A stretch of 64,000 nt of DNA from Octopus vulgaris (lineage: Eukaryota): positions 41,106,001-41,170,000 of the forward strand of contig OX597837.1 in NCBI GenBank assembly GCA_951406725.2, read 5' to 3'. Under the pieces are notes generated by a model. It was not told where the DNA came from. It worked only from the letters and a program-made list of their open reading frames with translations, and made no database searches. The stretch's first letter is position 1; each line of letters starts with the position of its first letter. Shown piece after piece: positions 12,581-26,932 of this stretch. The translations under genes and the position numbers were made by a program.

Positions 12581-12751
12581 TTGCACACAAATATTAAAAC
12601 CCAAAAATCTTATATGAAACCACCAGGCTCGCACGGATGCCAGTTGAAAGCGTCTGTACCTATAGATTGGAAAGGTAGCAGGTTATCTCTTATACCTGGA
12701 AGCCTTAACCATCAGGAATATACTCCTTACACACACGCATATATATTATAT

Positions 12752-12903
12752 ACTCTTTTACTTGTTTCAGTCATTTGACTGTGGCCGTGCTGGAGTACCG
12801 CCTTTAGTCGAGCAAAACGACTATTCTTTGTAAATCTAGAACCGCTAAATTACGGGGACGTAAACACAGACACACAGACACAGAAACATAACCATACATA
12901 CAT

Positions 12904-12963
<60 letters not shown>

Positions 12964-12980
12964 ATGTATGTGGTTATGTT

Positions 12981-13013
<33 letters not shown>

Positions 13014-13189
13014 ATATATACATATATATGACGGGCTTCTTTCAGTTTCCGTCTACCAAATCCACTCACAAGGCTTTGTTCGGCCCGAGGCTATAGTAGA
13101 AGACACTTGCCCAAAGTGCCATGCAGTGGGACTGAACCCGAATGCATGTGGTTGGGAAGCAAGCTACTTACCCCACAACCACGTTTGCG

Positions 13190-13192
<3 letters not shown>
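12752..13192 (-). mobile_element. SINE family A with an internal deletion
   Basis: Head, central block, internal microsatellite and tail are all present. Confidence 0.88.
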
Positions 13193-13245
<53 letters not shown>

Positions 13246-13293
13246 TAGATAGATAGATATATAGATAGATATACAGACAGATAGATAGATAGG

Positions 13294-13372
<79 letters not shown>

Positions 13373-13763
13373 GTAGGTAGATAGATTAATGATTCCAAAT
13401 GCACCCGTAAATTGTAGGATATAAATATGTGTTCATAATCCGGGTAGAGAAGGGTATATGTTTTCTGTCCGTAAATATCCTTGTGCTAAAAGAGATGTCA
13501 GCATTTCCTGGACACTGACTTCTCGCTAGTTTTGGGGCTTAATCAAACTATCTCAGGCCTGTTGTGGGTGGACTTAGCCGGAAATTTTGTTGAGAATCTG
13601 TAACTGATATTCACTTTGTTGGCATGTATGTATGTATGTTTGTTTGTCCGTTGCATTTTTGTTACTTTGATGGCCTATGTTGCTCTCAATAATAATATGT
13701 ATGCATCTGTCCCAATTCATGGATGTAGCAATTGATGTGTGTGTGCGTGTGTGTAAACGTGAT

Positions 13764-14183
<420 letters not shown>

Positions 14184-14296
14184 ACACATATATATATACA
14201 TACACACAAAATAAAACAAAACAAAAACACATATATATATGTATGTATGTATATATGGGCATAGAACGTATATTATACAGGAAAACAGTTGCATAT

Positions 14297-14338
<42 letters not shown>

Positions 14339-14353
14339 TATAGATATATATAT

Positions 14354-14420
<67 letters not shown>

Positions 14421-14429
14421 GATATATAT

Positions 14430-14483
<54 letters not shown>

Positions 14484-14748
14484 TATATGTATATATATAT
14501 ACATACGCACAGACACATATACGTATATATGTGTATGTGTTCATTTCTACACATGTCTATATACAATTAATATATACAATATATATATACTTCAACATAC
14601 TACATAATTTCTCATTTCAATTAATTACCTAATTAGCCGAGCGCTTTTCTTGTTTTGTAAATTCTAGTTTCTCAAGATTGCTACTTAAGCAGTAAGTTAC
14701 ATATCTAAAATCCCCCAATAATTACTGGTATCCATCTAAAATTACAAA

Positions 14749-14953
14749 CAGGTGAGTTGGCAGTATCGTTAGTGTGTCGGACAAAATGCTTAACGACGTT
14801 TCTTTCGGCTCTTTACGTTCTGAGTTCAAATCCCGCCGAGGTCAACTGTGCTTTTCATTCCTTCAGGGGTCAATGAAATCAGGTACCAGTCAAATACTGG
14901 GGCAGTCGAAATCTGACTGGTGCCCTCTTCTCGAAAATAGCTGGTCTTGAAAC
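14749..14953 (+). mobile_element. SINE family B, diverged, followed by a family-C tail fragment to about 15050
   Basis: Contains TTACGTTCTGAGTTCAAATCCCGCCGAGGTC. Confidence 0.8.
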
Positions 14954-15064
14954 CTGTAACGAACTGGCGTCCCCTTCAGGAAGAATGTAGTAAGCTTGAT
15001 CACTTTATATCGCCTGGAAACCAAGTAACCGGTCTTATGACACCTAGGGCTAAATAAATAAATA

Positions 15065-15128
<64 letters not shown>

Positions 15129-15201
15129 AGGAAGGAAAGAAAGAAAGGTTCTCTTATTAATTTGCTATATATACTTTCCCTTTTCGCTATTTTGCTGACA
15201 A

Positions 15202-15424
15202 AGGTGCGTGGCTCGTAGGTTAGGGGTGTCATATTCGCTAAAGTAAGATTGTAGTTTCGATCCCCGTACCAGGTTGATATTCTTTTACATGTTTCAGTCA
15301 TTTGAATGTAGCCATGCTGGAGCACCGCATTAAAGGGGGTTTTAGTCGAGGAAATCGACTCCGGGACTTATTCTTTGTAAACCTATTACTCATTCTATCG
15401 TTCTATATTACCGAACCGCTAACT
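15202..15424. mobile_element. Family-C head (+, 15202-15273) abutting a family-A 3' fragment (-, 15279-15424)
   Basis: GTAAGATTGTAGTTTCGATCCC is followed by TGTTTCAGTCATTTGA...GCCATGCTGGAGCACCGC. Confidence 0.7.
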
Positions 15425-15468
15425 TACCGCTTTCTATCTATCTATCTATCTAACTACTTACCTGTCTG

Positions 15469-15504
<36 letters not shown>

Positions 15505-15520
15505 ACTACTTACCTGTCTG

Positions 15521-15551
<31 letters not shown>

Positions 15552-15788
15552 CCCTGTATGTATGTATATATGTGTAATTATGCTTTTAAAAGTTTCAAGA
15601 ATCTGTTTCAAAAATGTTAAGTCATGTTCTTTTACCTCGTCTCCGTGTTTTTCCCATTCTATTCCACATATTTTGAATGTGTGTGTGTGTGCATGTGTGT
15701 GTGTGTGTGCATGTGTGTGTGTATACATATACTTATTCATATATGTATATTTACACACATACACAAACACACATTCATATGCTTGTGC

Positions 15789-15831
<43 letters not shown>

Positions 15832-15856
15832 TAGATAGATAGATAGATAGATAGAC

Positions 15857-15961
<105 letters not shown>

Positions 15962-16104
15962 TGTCTATATATGTCTATATATATATGTAAGTATATATAC
16001 ATGTGTGTATGTATATAAATATATGTGTGTATATATATATATAAATATATATGATCCAGCATGGCCGCAGTCAAATGACTGAAACAAGTAAAAGAAAAAA
16101 AGAT

Positions 16105-17067
16105 ACATACATCCATCCATCCATACATACGTACATCCATACATACATACATCCATACATGCATACTTACACACATGCATACATACATACATGCATACAT
16201 ACATACATACATACATACACACATACATACATACATACACACATACATACATACATACACTCATACATACATACATACATACATACATACACACACACAT
16301 ACATACATACATACATACATACATACACACACACATACATACATACATACACACATACACACATACACACACACATACATACATACATACATACATACAT
16401 ACATACATACATACATACATACATACACACATACACACACACATACATACATACATACATACATGTATACATACATACATACCTACATACATACATACAT
16501 ACATACACTCATACATACATACATACATACATACATACATACATACATACATACACACACACATACATACATACATACATACACTCATACATACATACAT
16601 ACATACATACATACACACACACATACATACATACATACATACATTCATACATACATACATACATACATACATTCATACATACATACATTCATACATACAT
16701 ACATACATACATTCATACATACATACATACATACATACATACATACATACATACATACATACATACATACATACATACATACATACATACATACATACAT
16801 TCATACATACATACATACATACATACATACATACATACATACATACATACATACATACATACATACATACATACATACATACATACATACATACATACAT
16901 ACATACATACATACATACATACATACATACATACATACATACACACATACATACATACATACATACATTCATACATACATACATACATACATACATACAT
17001 ACATACATACATACACACATACATACATACATACACACACACATACATACATATATACATACATACA

Positions 17068-17098
<31 letters not shown>
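16105..17098. repeat. ~1-kb (CATA)n tract directly after a family-A tail fragment (16055-16100)
   Basis: Read directly. It is the source of the 200-400 aa HTYI/MYVC pseudo-ORFs. Confidence 0.97.
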
Positions 17099-17100
<2 letters not shown>

Positions 17101-17563
17101 TGTAACGCGATGGCATTTTCGAATCTCTGCTTATATTTCTGTGGTTCGCACAAGAATAATTTTTTGTTTACCTGCAACCCTAACTTCTCTTTTAGCAACA
17201 GGTTTTTCTTTTTGTTTTGTTTTATATTACTAAAACCTGTCCTTCAAAGCGTGACCTCATATGCCATTTGTTAAACCCAAGATCTCAGTACTGCTTCGGT
17301 TACCTTTGTAACAATGGTTTTCTGACAGCGTCAACCATGCATCACTTTCCTGTCGATATGCAACACTGCATTTCATCCGATGACCTGTTGTTGTGCAGTT
17401 GTTGCTTGGTTTTGCATTTTCGGTAGATCAGTCGAAGAATATATTCCAAGCTGTTCCTTTCCATTTCCCATGATGTTACCTGCCTCATGTATTCATTCAT
17501 TCATGTTCCACGGACGCACTTCAAACAGCTGTTGGTTTGTAAACCCCTAAAACTACTGAAAGT

Positions 17564-17821
17564 GGAGGCGCGTGGCTTAGTGGTTAGGGTGTCAGCACCT
17601 TGATCGTAAGATTGTGGTTTCGATTCCTGGACCGGGCGACGCGTTGTGTTCTTGAGCAAAACACTTCATTTCACGTTGCTCCAGTCCTCTCAGTTGGCAA
17701 AAATGAGTAACGCTGCGATGGACTGGTGTCCCATCCAGCTGGGGAACACATACTCCATAGAAACCGGGAAACCGGGCCCATGAGCCTGGCTAGGCTTTAA
17801 AAGGGCGCATTTATTATTATT
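17564..17821 (+). mobile_element. SINE family C, full length with target-site duplication
   Basis: A-box TGGCTTAGTGG, B-box-like GTTTCGATTCC and tail GAAACCGGGAAACCGGGCCC. Flanked by AAACTACT(G/A)AAA at 17550 and 17824. Confidence 0.93.
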
Positions 17822-18039
17822 TGAAACTACTAAAAAAACCTCAAAATCTTTAAAGTCCTCAATAGCAAAATCTCCAGAATATTTTATGTAATTTATCGCG
17901 ATTCTTCCCATTAACGCCTGCAATTAATTTTTTATTTTCAATTAACCATATTCTCTGTTATCTTCTGGTTTTGTTGGTGTCTCTTGGTTTCGAGGCAGTT
18001 AAGTACAACTTCATTACATTTAGTGACATAAAGTTGAAT

Positions 18040-18200
18040 AGGCGCAGACGTGACTGTGTGGTAAGAAGCTTGATTTCCAACCACATGCTCTCGGGTTCAG
18101 TTCCCACTGCGTGGCACCTTGGACAAGTGTCTTCTACTATACCCTGGGGCCGACTAAAGCCTTTTGGATTTGGTGGAGAGAAACAAAAAGAAGCCCGCCG

Positions 18201-18281
<81 letters not shown>

Positions 18282-18393
18282 ATGTATATATATATAACAA
18301 AGTAGGCAGACAGGTCCACCTAGATATTATAACTGTTTCCATTGTATATGGAACCAGTTATAATATATATACATACATACATACATATATATA

Positions 18394-18449
<56 letters not shown>

Positions 18450-18583
18450 GTGTATATATATATATGTATATATATATGTATAAACATACATACATATACA
18501 TATATATATATACCTATATATACATACATACACACACATATATACGCGCGCCTATGTGTGTGCTTGTGCATGCATGTTTGTCA

Positions 18584-18628
<45 letters not shown>

Positions 18629-18847
18629 TTTGTCCCCCATCTTTGCTTGACAACCTATGTCGTTGTATTTGCACACCCGTAACGTAGCGGTTCGGCAAAA
18701 GCGCCCCTATACAATAAGTAAACGACTTACATTTTTTTTTTTATGTAAAAAAGTACTGGGGTCGATTCATGCGACTCAGAACTTATCAAGTCAGTGCCCC
18801 AGCATGGCCGCAGTCTAATTACTGAAACAAGTCAAAAAACGATAAAA
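18040..18847 (+). mobile_element. SINE family A with a greatly expanded internal microsatellite region
   Basis: The 5' half (18040-18200) and 3' half (18625-18847) are separated by about 425 bp of mostly simple repeats. Confidence 0.8.
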
Positions 18848-19002
18848 CACAATTATATCTATTACTAATCTGTAACTACTCAGTTCTATGGGACCAGGGA
18901 TGGCGGTATCCATGCATTCATTCTTCTTCCACGGATGCACCTCAACGCTCGACGCCCTGTAAACTACGAAGGAACATGACTGAACATTTAATTGGCTGTT
19001 AG

Positions 19003-19080
<78 letters not shown>

Positions 19081-19514
19081 CTGTATACATATATATACGC
19101 GTATATACATATATATACATATATGAATATTTATATGTATAATATATATGTATATATATATATATGTATATATATATATACACACATATATGTGTGTGGA
19201 TGTGTTTATATATATATCGATATCTATCTATCTATCTATCAATATATATATATACATATAGATATAATACTGTATATACCGCGTTCATTTTGATTTTATG
19301 AGCCCACCTTCTCAGACGTGTTATTTGATCAGTAAGCTACATATTCGAGCACACCCCCAAAAGATTACTGGTATAAAATAAAAATTTCAGTCAGTTTTCG
19401 TATCTGTACATGCTTAAGTTTTCATGTTTAATATTTATGTATTTAGTGTGTGAGTGAATGCGTGTATCTGTGTGTGTGTGTCAATGTGTATGTGAGTATG
19501 TATTGATCTGTGAA

Positions 19515-19565
<51 letters not shown>

Positions 19566-19895
19566 TAATGAATATATGATTTTGGTATCGCGTGCAATGT
19601 TGAACATCAAAACCTTTTAACTGAAGTGGTGTTGAGACGCATTCCCCTTAGTGTTGACTCACAAAAAACACAAGATTTGTTTTAAAGATTTAAATATTTC
19701 AAAATTATAGATTAAACGGCATTGATACATGTACACAAACACAGATACATACATACATACATATATACATACATGCATATATATAAATATATATAAAGTG
19801 AGAGAGATAGGATATGAGGGGTTTTCATCAGGATACACCCCCAACTAGCAGGTATACGTTCAGAGTACTCAAGTGTCCTTGTCCTGCGTTACCTA

Positions 19896-19929
<34 letters not shown>

Positions 19930-19932
19930 ATA

Positions 19933-20088
19933 ATGGGCTTCTTGCAATTTCCGGATAACAAATCCACTCACAAGACTTTGGTCGGCCTGAGGCTATAGTA
20001 GAAGACATTTGCCCAAGGTACCACGCAGTGGGACTGAACCCGGAACCATGTGGATGGTAAGCAATCTACTTACCACGCAGCCACGCCC
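19933..20088 (-). mobile_element. SINE family A, 5' half
   Basis: Contains CCACGCAGTGGGACTGAACCCGGAACCATGTGG. Confidence 0.85.
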
Positions 20089-20093
20089 GTCTG

Positions 20094-20130
<37 letters not shown>

Positions 20131-20152
20131 AAAAAAGAAGTATGTATGTATG

Positions 20153-20259
<107 letters not shown>

Positions 20260-20853
20260 ATATATTCATACATACATAAGTGCATTTACATGTTTTTGTG
20301 CATCGTTGCATGGGTAAATTAATCGATGGATAGGATGCATAGATCGATAGCTGAATCGATGAATGCATGCATGCATAAATTGCGTGCAAATCAGTAAAAT
20401 CTGACTTTTGTACGTCTACATATTATATACACACGTATGTATATATAATATACACGGGTGTATATATAGAAACTACACTGTACTCTGCTGTATTATTTTA
20501 TGTATTTTCTTTGTGTTTTTCGGTTATAATTTACCATTCCCTTATCAACCACATTGTTGTTTTTTTTTGTAAGTTTTTGGTACCTGTTTCCCAAGATTGA
20601 TGGCAAAGCAATTATTTACATTCATCAATATCAATAAATTACTGTTACAAATTTCATATTGTTACTTAGAGAATTTTATATTACTTTACGTGTGTGTATA
20701 TCTGGGTCGGCTTGGGTTTGTTTACGTCTCCTTGACTCCGTTGCCGTGTGTGTGTGTGTGTAAACGTCTGTGTATGCATGCGTGTGTGTTTATGTTGTAT
20801 GTGTGTGTATGTATAAATGCATGTATATATGTATATATATATATATATATATA

Positions 20854-20998
20854 CTGTTGTGTCTGGGGAGAGTCATTTTCTTTTTGTGCCTTATAATCTA
20901 ACACACTCACCGGTAAAATTTCCAATTTTTTCTTAATTTTATTGTCCTAAAATAATAATAAGGTACTAAAAGAGAATGACTCTCCCCAGACACAACAG
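20854..20998. repeat. 41-bp inverted repeat with a 63-bp spacer
   Basis: 20854-20894 against 20958-20998, with 3 mismatches. Confidence 0.9.
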
Positions 20999-21056
20999 AA
21001 TATGCTTCAACACACGAACTCATATAAAGAATCTTGCAAACCAAATCCCAAAACGA

Positions 21057-21100
<44 letters not shown>

Positions 21101-21103
<3 letters not shown>

Positions 21104-21253
21104 TACATACTTATAAGAGGAATGACCACAGCGTAGACAACCCTTATGCTAGAAGTAGATCCGCTATGGTCTTAGTGGTAAGACCATAGCGGACCTACTT
21201 CTAGCATAAGGGATGTCCATGTTGTGGTCATCCCCTCTTATATGTATGTAATA
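21101..21253. repeat. Long foldback with ~75-bp arms and a 4-nt loop GTGG
   Basis: 21101-21174 pairs with 21179-21253, with several substitutions and one indel. Confidence 0.93.
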
Positions 21254-21804
21254 TAATTTTCTGAACCTTCAGATTTTAATATGCTAGACCACTGGTTTTA
21301 AATTGATAATAATCAAATTACTATTCAATTTTTCATCCTCATTTTAAATTTTAATTATACATATATACATATATACATACATACATACATACATACATAC
21401 ATACATACATACATTAATTGATGGATAGATGCATAGATGGATGGCTGAATCGATGAATGCATGCATGAGTAAATGCACGCAAATCAGTAAAATCTGACAT
21501 TTGTACGTGTACAAATATATTATATAGACATATTTGTATATATAATATACACGGGTGTATATATACAAACAATACGGTACCCTGCTGCATTATACTCTGC
21601 TACATACATACATAATACCCTGCTACATACATACATACATACAATACATACATACATACATACATACATACATACATACATACATACATACATACATACA
21701 TACATACATACATACATACATACACACATACATACATACATACACACATACATACATACATACATATAGATACATATCTATTATAGAAATGTGAGTGTAT
21801 GAAA

Positions 21805-22010
21805 GCAGAAACGTTAGCAACGCCGGACGAAATGCTTAACGATGTTTCGACTGTCTTTACGTTCTGAGTTCAAATTCCGCCGAGGTCGACTTTGCCTTTC
21901 ATCCTTTCGGGGTCGATAAATTAAGTACCATTTGCGTGGTAGGGTCGATTTAATCGGCTGGAATCCTCCCCAAAAATTTCGGGCTTTTTGCCGAGAGTAG
22001 AAAAAGAAAT
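21805..22010 (+). mobile_element. SINE family B (CCCCAAAAATTT-tail variant)
   Basis: Intact block GAGTTCAAATTCCGCCGAGGTCGACTTTGCCTTTCATCCTTTCGGGGTCGATAAATTAAGTACC. Confidence 0.88.
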
Positions 22011-22601
22011 GTGTCTGTATGTATGTAACGAGAAACACTCAGGTTGCTGTCTGAGGGCGCAATAAGCCCACTGGAAATGAGAGACCCCTAGTTTTTTTGC
22101 CAAGGCATCCCCCTAGGACAAGGCTTTTCGTATATAAGACCTGCTGCTCTATCAAGCCGGATATCTTGCACTTTGCTTACCCCTGGGCCCCTTGATTTTG
22201 CTAGTGAGTGTCGTTGTGGTGTTGTGCAAGGTGCGCTCGATTTAGACCCCTTGTATGGGAATTGTTGTACGGGCATTCTGTTAGGGTGTATATCCTATGC
22301 AAAAATGAGGGTGTATGACACGTGCCCGTATCATGCACGTCAATGATCATGCTTGTCTAATCAGGAAACAGCCACCATCTATGTATGTATGTATGTATGT
22401 ATGTATGTATGTATGTATGTATGTAGCATGCATGTATGTATGTATGTATGTATGTATGTATGTATGTATGTATGTATGTACGTATGTATGTATGTATGCA
22501 TGTATGTATTTATGTATGTGAATATATATATACATATATATATATATGTATATATTTATATATGTTTATATATAAATATATACACGCACACACACCTATA
22601 C

Positions 22602-22664
<63 letters not shown>

Positions 22665-23449
22665 GACAGAGATCTGACAGAAAATGGAATGAACGACATT
22701 CTTTATTCAAAAATCAGTACAATTGTTTCGACACGTTTTCACACATGTAGTACATTGGTGAAATGCTGTGTAATCATTATCATACATATAGGATGTAAGA
22801 TGCACCTCGTCAGGTGATTGTATAAAATAAGTCCTTCGTCATATCTTCTCATCGTTTCACTCAGTGTGAGAATGCATACCCAAAGTGACGAGTCATTTCC
22901 AGCAGGTTACAGACCAAACCAAGCACATAGTAGATACAGTGATAGACAAAATATGATTATGCCCAAAATACAACACAGAGAGGTTTTTACTCTGAATCTT
23001 GCGTGTATCTATGAGTTTCTGTGAGGATTTAGTTAAGTTCTCCTTTGCAGAACCGAGGCCGGTGACTCAGAAAGTAACATGGGTGTATATATGTGTTTAT
23101 TGGGCTTAATTAGTGAACTATTGGGCTTACTAGTTCCGGAGTTTCTTTTAATAGGGGTGTTAGTAGATTTATATATGTATGTAGATGAGTGGATATATTC
23201 ACAGTCAAGTAATGAGTGCGCATAAGCCTTTAGGAGAGACGTTTCTGCAGTTTATTATATTTTATAGATGAGTGTGTGTTTGCGTGTGTGTGCTTGTGTG
23301 TGTGTGTGTGTGTGTGTATGTGTGTGTGTATGTGTGTGTGTGTGTGTGTATGTGTGTGTGTGTCCGTATGCCGTTTCTATTTGTGTTCATAAGTACATAT
23401 GGAGCATTACATCTTTTTTTCTAAATAAATAAATAGATAGATAGATAGA

Positions 23450-23483
<34 letters not shown>

Positions 23484-23843
23484 CATACATACATACATAC
23501 GTACATACGTACGTACGTATATACATACATACATACATACGTAGATACATACATACATACATACATACATACATACAAACATACATACATACATACATAC
23601 ATACAAACATACATACATACATACATACATACATACAAACAAACATACATACATACATACATACATACATACATACATACATACATACATACAAACAAAC
23701 ATACAAACGTACATACATACATACATACATACATACATACATACATACAGACATACATACAAACAGACATACATACATACATACACAAACACACACGCTG
23801 TATATTTGTTCTTCACTCATTCTTCTTTTATCCTATGTCCATT

Positions 23844-23887
23844 GTCCGGAAAACTTTCGTCGCACATCTGTGACCCCTTCAGCGACT
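23844..23887 (-). ncRNA. Degenerate type I hammerhead-like motif
   Basis: The minus strand reads GTCG-CTGAAGG-G-GTCAC agatgt GCGAC-GAAAG-TTTTC-CGGAC, so A9 is changed to G. A related sequence lies at about 30255-30298. Confidence 0.4.
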
Positions 23888-24203
23888 CTTCCACCCTACC
23901 TGTCTCTTCTTGTTTTGTAAAATCCAAAGTATTGCCTCGTCTCCTTTTAGGGTGTATATCCTATACAAACGAGGGTGTATAACACATGTTATACGAACAT
24001 GTTTGGGATCGCTCAAAATTCTAGAAATAGCGTTTAAAAAAAATAACGATTTAACGATTTTTAAAAATATTTAACTTTAATAAGGATATTTAGTTCTGTA
24101 TTAAACAATGTTCGCAAGGAAGTATATGTTGAAGAAGTTTTCATGCATACATACAGATGCACATTTGTGTATGTATGCGTTTGTGTGCCTGCATGAGTAC
24201 ATG

Positions 24204-24240
<37 letters not shown>

Positions 24241-24741
24241 CACATACATACATATATATATATGTATATATATATACATATATGCATGCGCATGCATATA
24301 TATATATGCATATATACATATATGCATACATACATATATCCATATATACATGTATGCATACATACATAAATACATACAATACATATAAAGGAACGGAATT
24401 GAATCAGTGCGTGTGTTATTGATATTGGCATAATGACTTTCTCGAAACACAAGATACACACACACACCCATACACACACATAAATATAAATGTGTATGCA
24501 TAAGTACATATATATATACATATAATTACACACACATACATATACACACACATACATCAATATTCATACATTTATGCTTAAATGGTTATTTTCATCATTT
24601 CGCTATTCCGGGAAATACAGAAGCAGTAATGAATGCTTACGGACACACACAATCATCTATATATGTGTATATATATATATATATATTATATATTACATTT
24701 TATTATGTGTGTGTATGTGTGTGCGGGGGTGGGGTGACGGA

Positions 24742-25124
24742 TCTCTCTCTATATAAACGGCAGTTTGTCTGTGCGTGTTTCTGTGTGTCTGTTTTCTCGT
24801 ACCCTCACCCTGACCTCGGCTTTCAACCGATTCTGATGAAACTTGACACACACATAGCCCAATGTCATAATTCAAAACTAACGCAGCGAAAATTTTGAAA
24901 AGTTTCCCCAGTTCTGAAAAAAATCGATAAATTCGACATGGAGTCGAGAATCAGAAACACGAACCACAAACTGTCTAGGGGACGCAACTCCACCTTTTTA
25001 ACTCTCAAAAAAAATTTACCATAATTTTTTTTCCATTTTTTTCTACTTTTTGGCTATAACTCTCTAAAAATGCTTTATAGTTATTTCCCTTACAAACCCG
25101 AGCAACGCCGGGCGATACTGCTAG
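24742..25124 (+). mobile_element. Non-autonomous Helitron
   Basis: It has a 5' TC, a subterminal hairpin CCCG-AGCAACGC-CGGG and a 3' CTAG, and sits between host A (24741) and T (25125) with no target duplication. Confidence 0.85.
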
Positions 25125-25212
25125 TAGATGATAACAGGCAGGTAAAGTCTCCACATGCAGCTCGCACTGCGAACGACAGCCTAACACATTTGTTACTCCG
25201 ACTGCAGTGTGT

Positions 25213-25252
<40 letters not shown>

Positions 25253-26215
25253 CCTTATGCTTGTGTGTCTGTGTGTAAGCCTGTATAGAAGTGATATTAT
25301 GTCTGTGCGAGTGCGCTACTGTTGTCATCCGTTTCTTTTTTGCCTGCTGTTCAGCCAGCCATCATCGGTCAGCCGTGATCGAGCTGACTTCTTTCTTATG
25401 GAAACCAACCCAAGTGTGATAATCACATCTTCTTGTGGATGCACAGTCCACCTAGAAGTAACAAAACTAACTTATATCTTTTATTTAACCCTCTGCCCGT
25501 TTCCATTAAACATCCATGGTTTGGCCCTTGCTTCGTATGATCCGAGTAATACAAAGCTCTCTTATCGTAAGTCTCAAGATTAAAATAATTAGGACATGCG
25601 TATCAGATATGATGCCGGGACACCAAAGAAATATATATTCTGCAATCAAAGCATTTTCATATGTTTGTCCTAATTACCCATGCTTCTTTTCAAACTTTTA
25701 ATTATTCTTTATTTCATATGTTCTAAGTAGTATAAAATTTTCCTTTCATACGTCCCAGATTGTGATGATGGTTGAAAAAAAAAATTGAAAATGTGCAGCG
25801 TATATGACGCTATGTCCTGCTTGTCCGATACATTTCCATAAGTTTCTCCCGAATATCCATGCTTGTTTTTTTACCATTAGCTACCACTTGTTTCATACGT
25901 AAGTCCCAAGTTGAAAAAAATTATGAATATGTATCATATATGATGCATAGATGCCAGGAAAATACGTCTTGCCTATTCAAAGTATTTTCAAAAGTTTGTC
26001 CTAAACATTCACTCTTGCTTTCAGACTTTTAATTAACCCTTATTTCATGTATTCTGAATAATATAAAAATTTCCTTTATTGGAAATATTAATCATATATG
26101 CTGCAAGAACTCCAGGGAAATACGTCCAAAGCTTTTTCATAAGTTCATTCCAAGCATCCATACTTATTTACATTATTTACATTGGACGGATGTGTGTCCT
26201 CATTCTGTTTGTTGT

Positions 26216-26262
26216 TACCACAATGTTTCAGCTATTTTACTCTCCAGCCTTCATCAGGTGTC
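26216..26262 (-). ncRNA. Minimal type I hammerhead-like motif in the SINE E tail
   Basis: GACAC-CTGATGA-A-GGCTG gagagtaaaa TAGCT-GAAAC-ATT-GTGGT. Both core boxes are intact and stem II pairs. Stems I and III are imperfect. Confidence 0.6.
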
Positions 26263-26317
26263 TTGGTGGAATTTTGAACCCAACCCTGGGTTCTCATTCC
26301 TAAGGTAGTTTTGCTGA

Positions 26318-26371
<54 letters not shown>

Positions 26372-26388
26372 CATTATTATTATTATTA

Positions 26389-26432
<44 letters not shown>

Positions 26433-26433
<1 letters not shown>

Positions 26434-26826
26434 TATGTTTGACTTTTGCTTTATATTTGTACAAGTTGGCTCCAAGTCTCACCCAGAGACCTCAAGAGAC
26501 AACAGGTTGGAAGTTCATGTTGTTGTTATGCCTAGTGTGCCACATATTTGGTTTTGTATTTAGTGTTGTACAAGTGAATGTCTAAAAAAAACAAATAAGA
26601 AAATTATGTTTGTTTTAAAACTTGAGATTACATAGAAAGTATTTTGCGTAGGATATGAGCACTATCTTTTGAATTTCTACCATTTTTGGGTTCCCTAGTA
26701 TCTGAGTTAGGTAGCAATCAACCCCTTTTGCTATCATTCCCAGGACACCTATGACAACTGGTATTGTTTTAGTCTTCAGGTTCCACATTTTGCTGATTTC
26801 TATTTCAAGATCTTTATATTTGACAG
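26433..26826 (-). mobile_element. 5'-truncated R4/Dong-clade non-LTR retrotransposon (ORF C-terminus plus 3' UTR) inside (TAA)n
   Basis: The minus strand gives LSKYKDLEIEISKMWNLKTKTIPVVIGVLGMIAKGVDCYLTQILGNPKMVEIQKIVL, then a frameshift, then HILRKILSM* (stop at 26628-26630). (TAA)n arrays lie at 26320-26432 and 26857-26960. Confidence 0.88.
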
Positions 26827-26849
26827 ATACGTTTTATTAAAGTGTTTAT

Positions 26850-26932
<83 letters not shown>

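Larger units (their letters stand above)
20318..21594. repeat. Diverged ~180-bp direct repeat pair (20318-20496 and 21413-21594)
   Basis: Both copies share GCTGAATCGATGAATGCATGCATG, CAAATCAGTAAAATCTGAC and TATATAATATACACGGGTGTATATATA. Confidence 0.85.

Noticed and set aside
17564-17640. tRNA gene calls for SINE heads (also 31064, 41457, 58696 and others)
   Set aside because: A and B boxes are present, but no full cloverleaf was apparent and each continues into a repeat body.
19810-19840. Minus-strand CTGATGA
   Set aside because: No stem II or downstream GAAA follows it.
24825-24845. CTGATGAAAC inside the Helitron
   Set aside because: There is no stem II between CUGAUGA and GAAA, so it is not a hammerhead.
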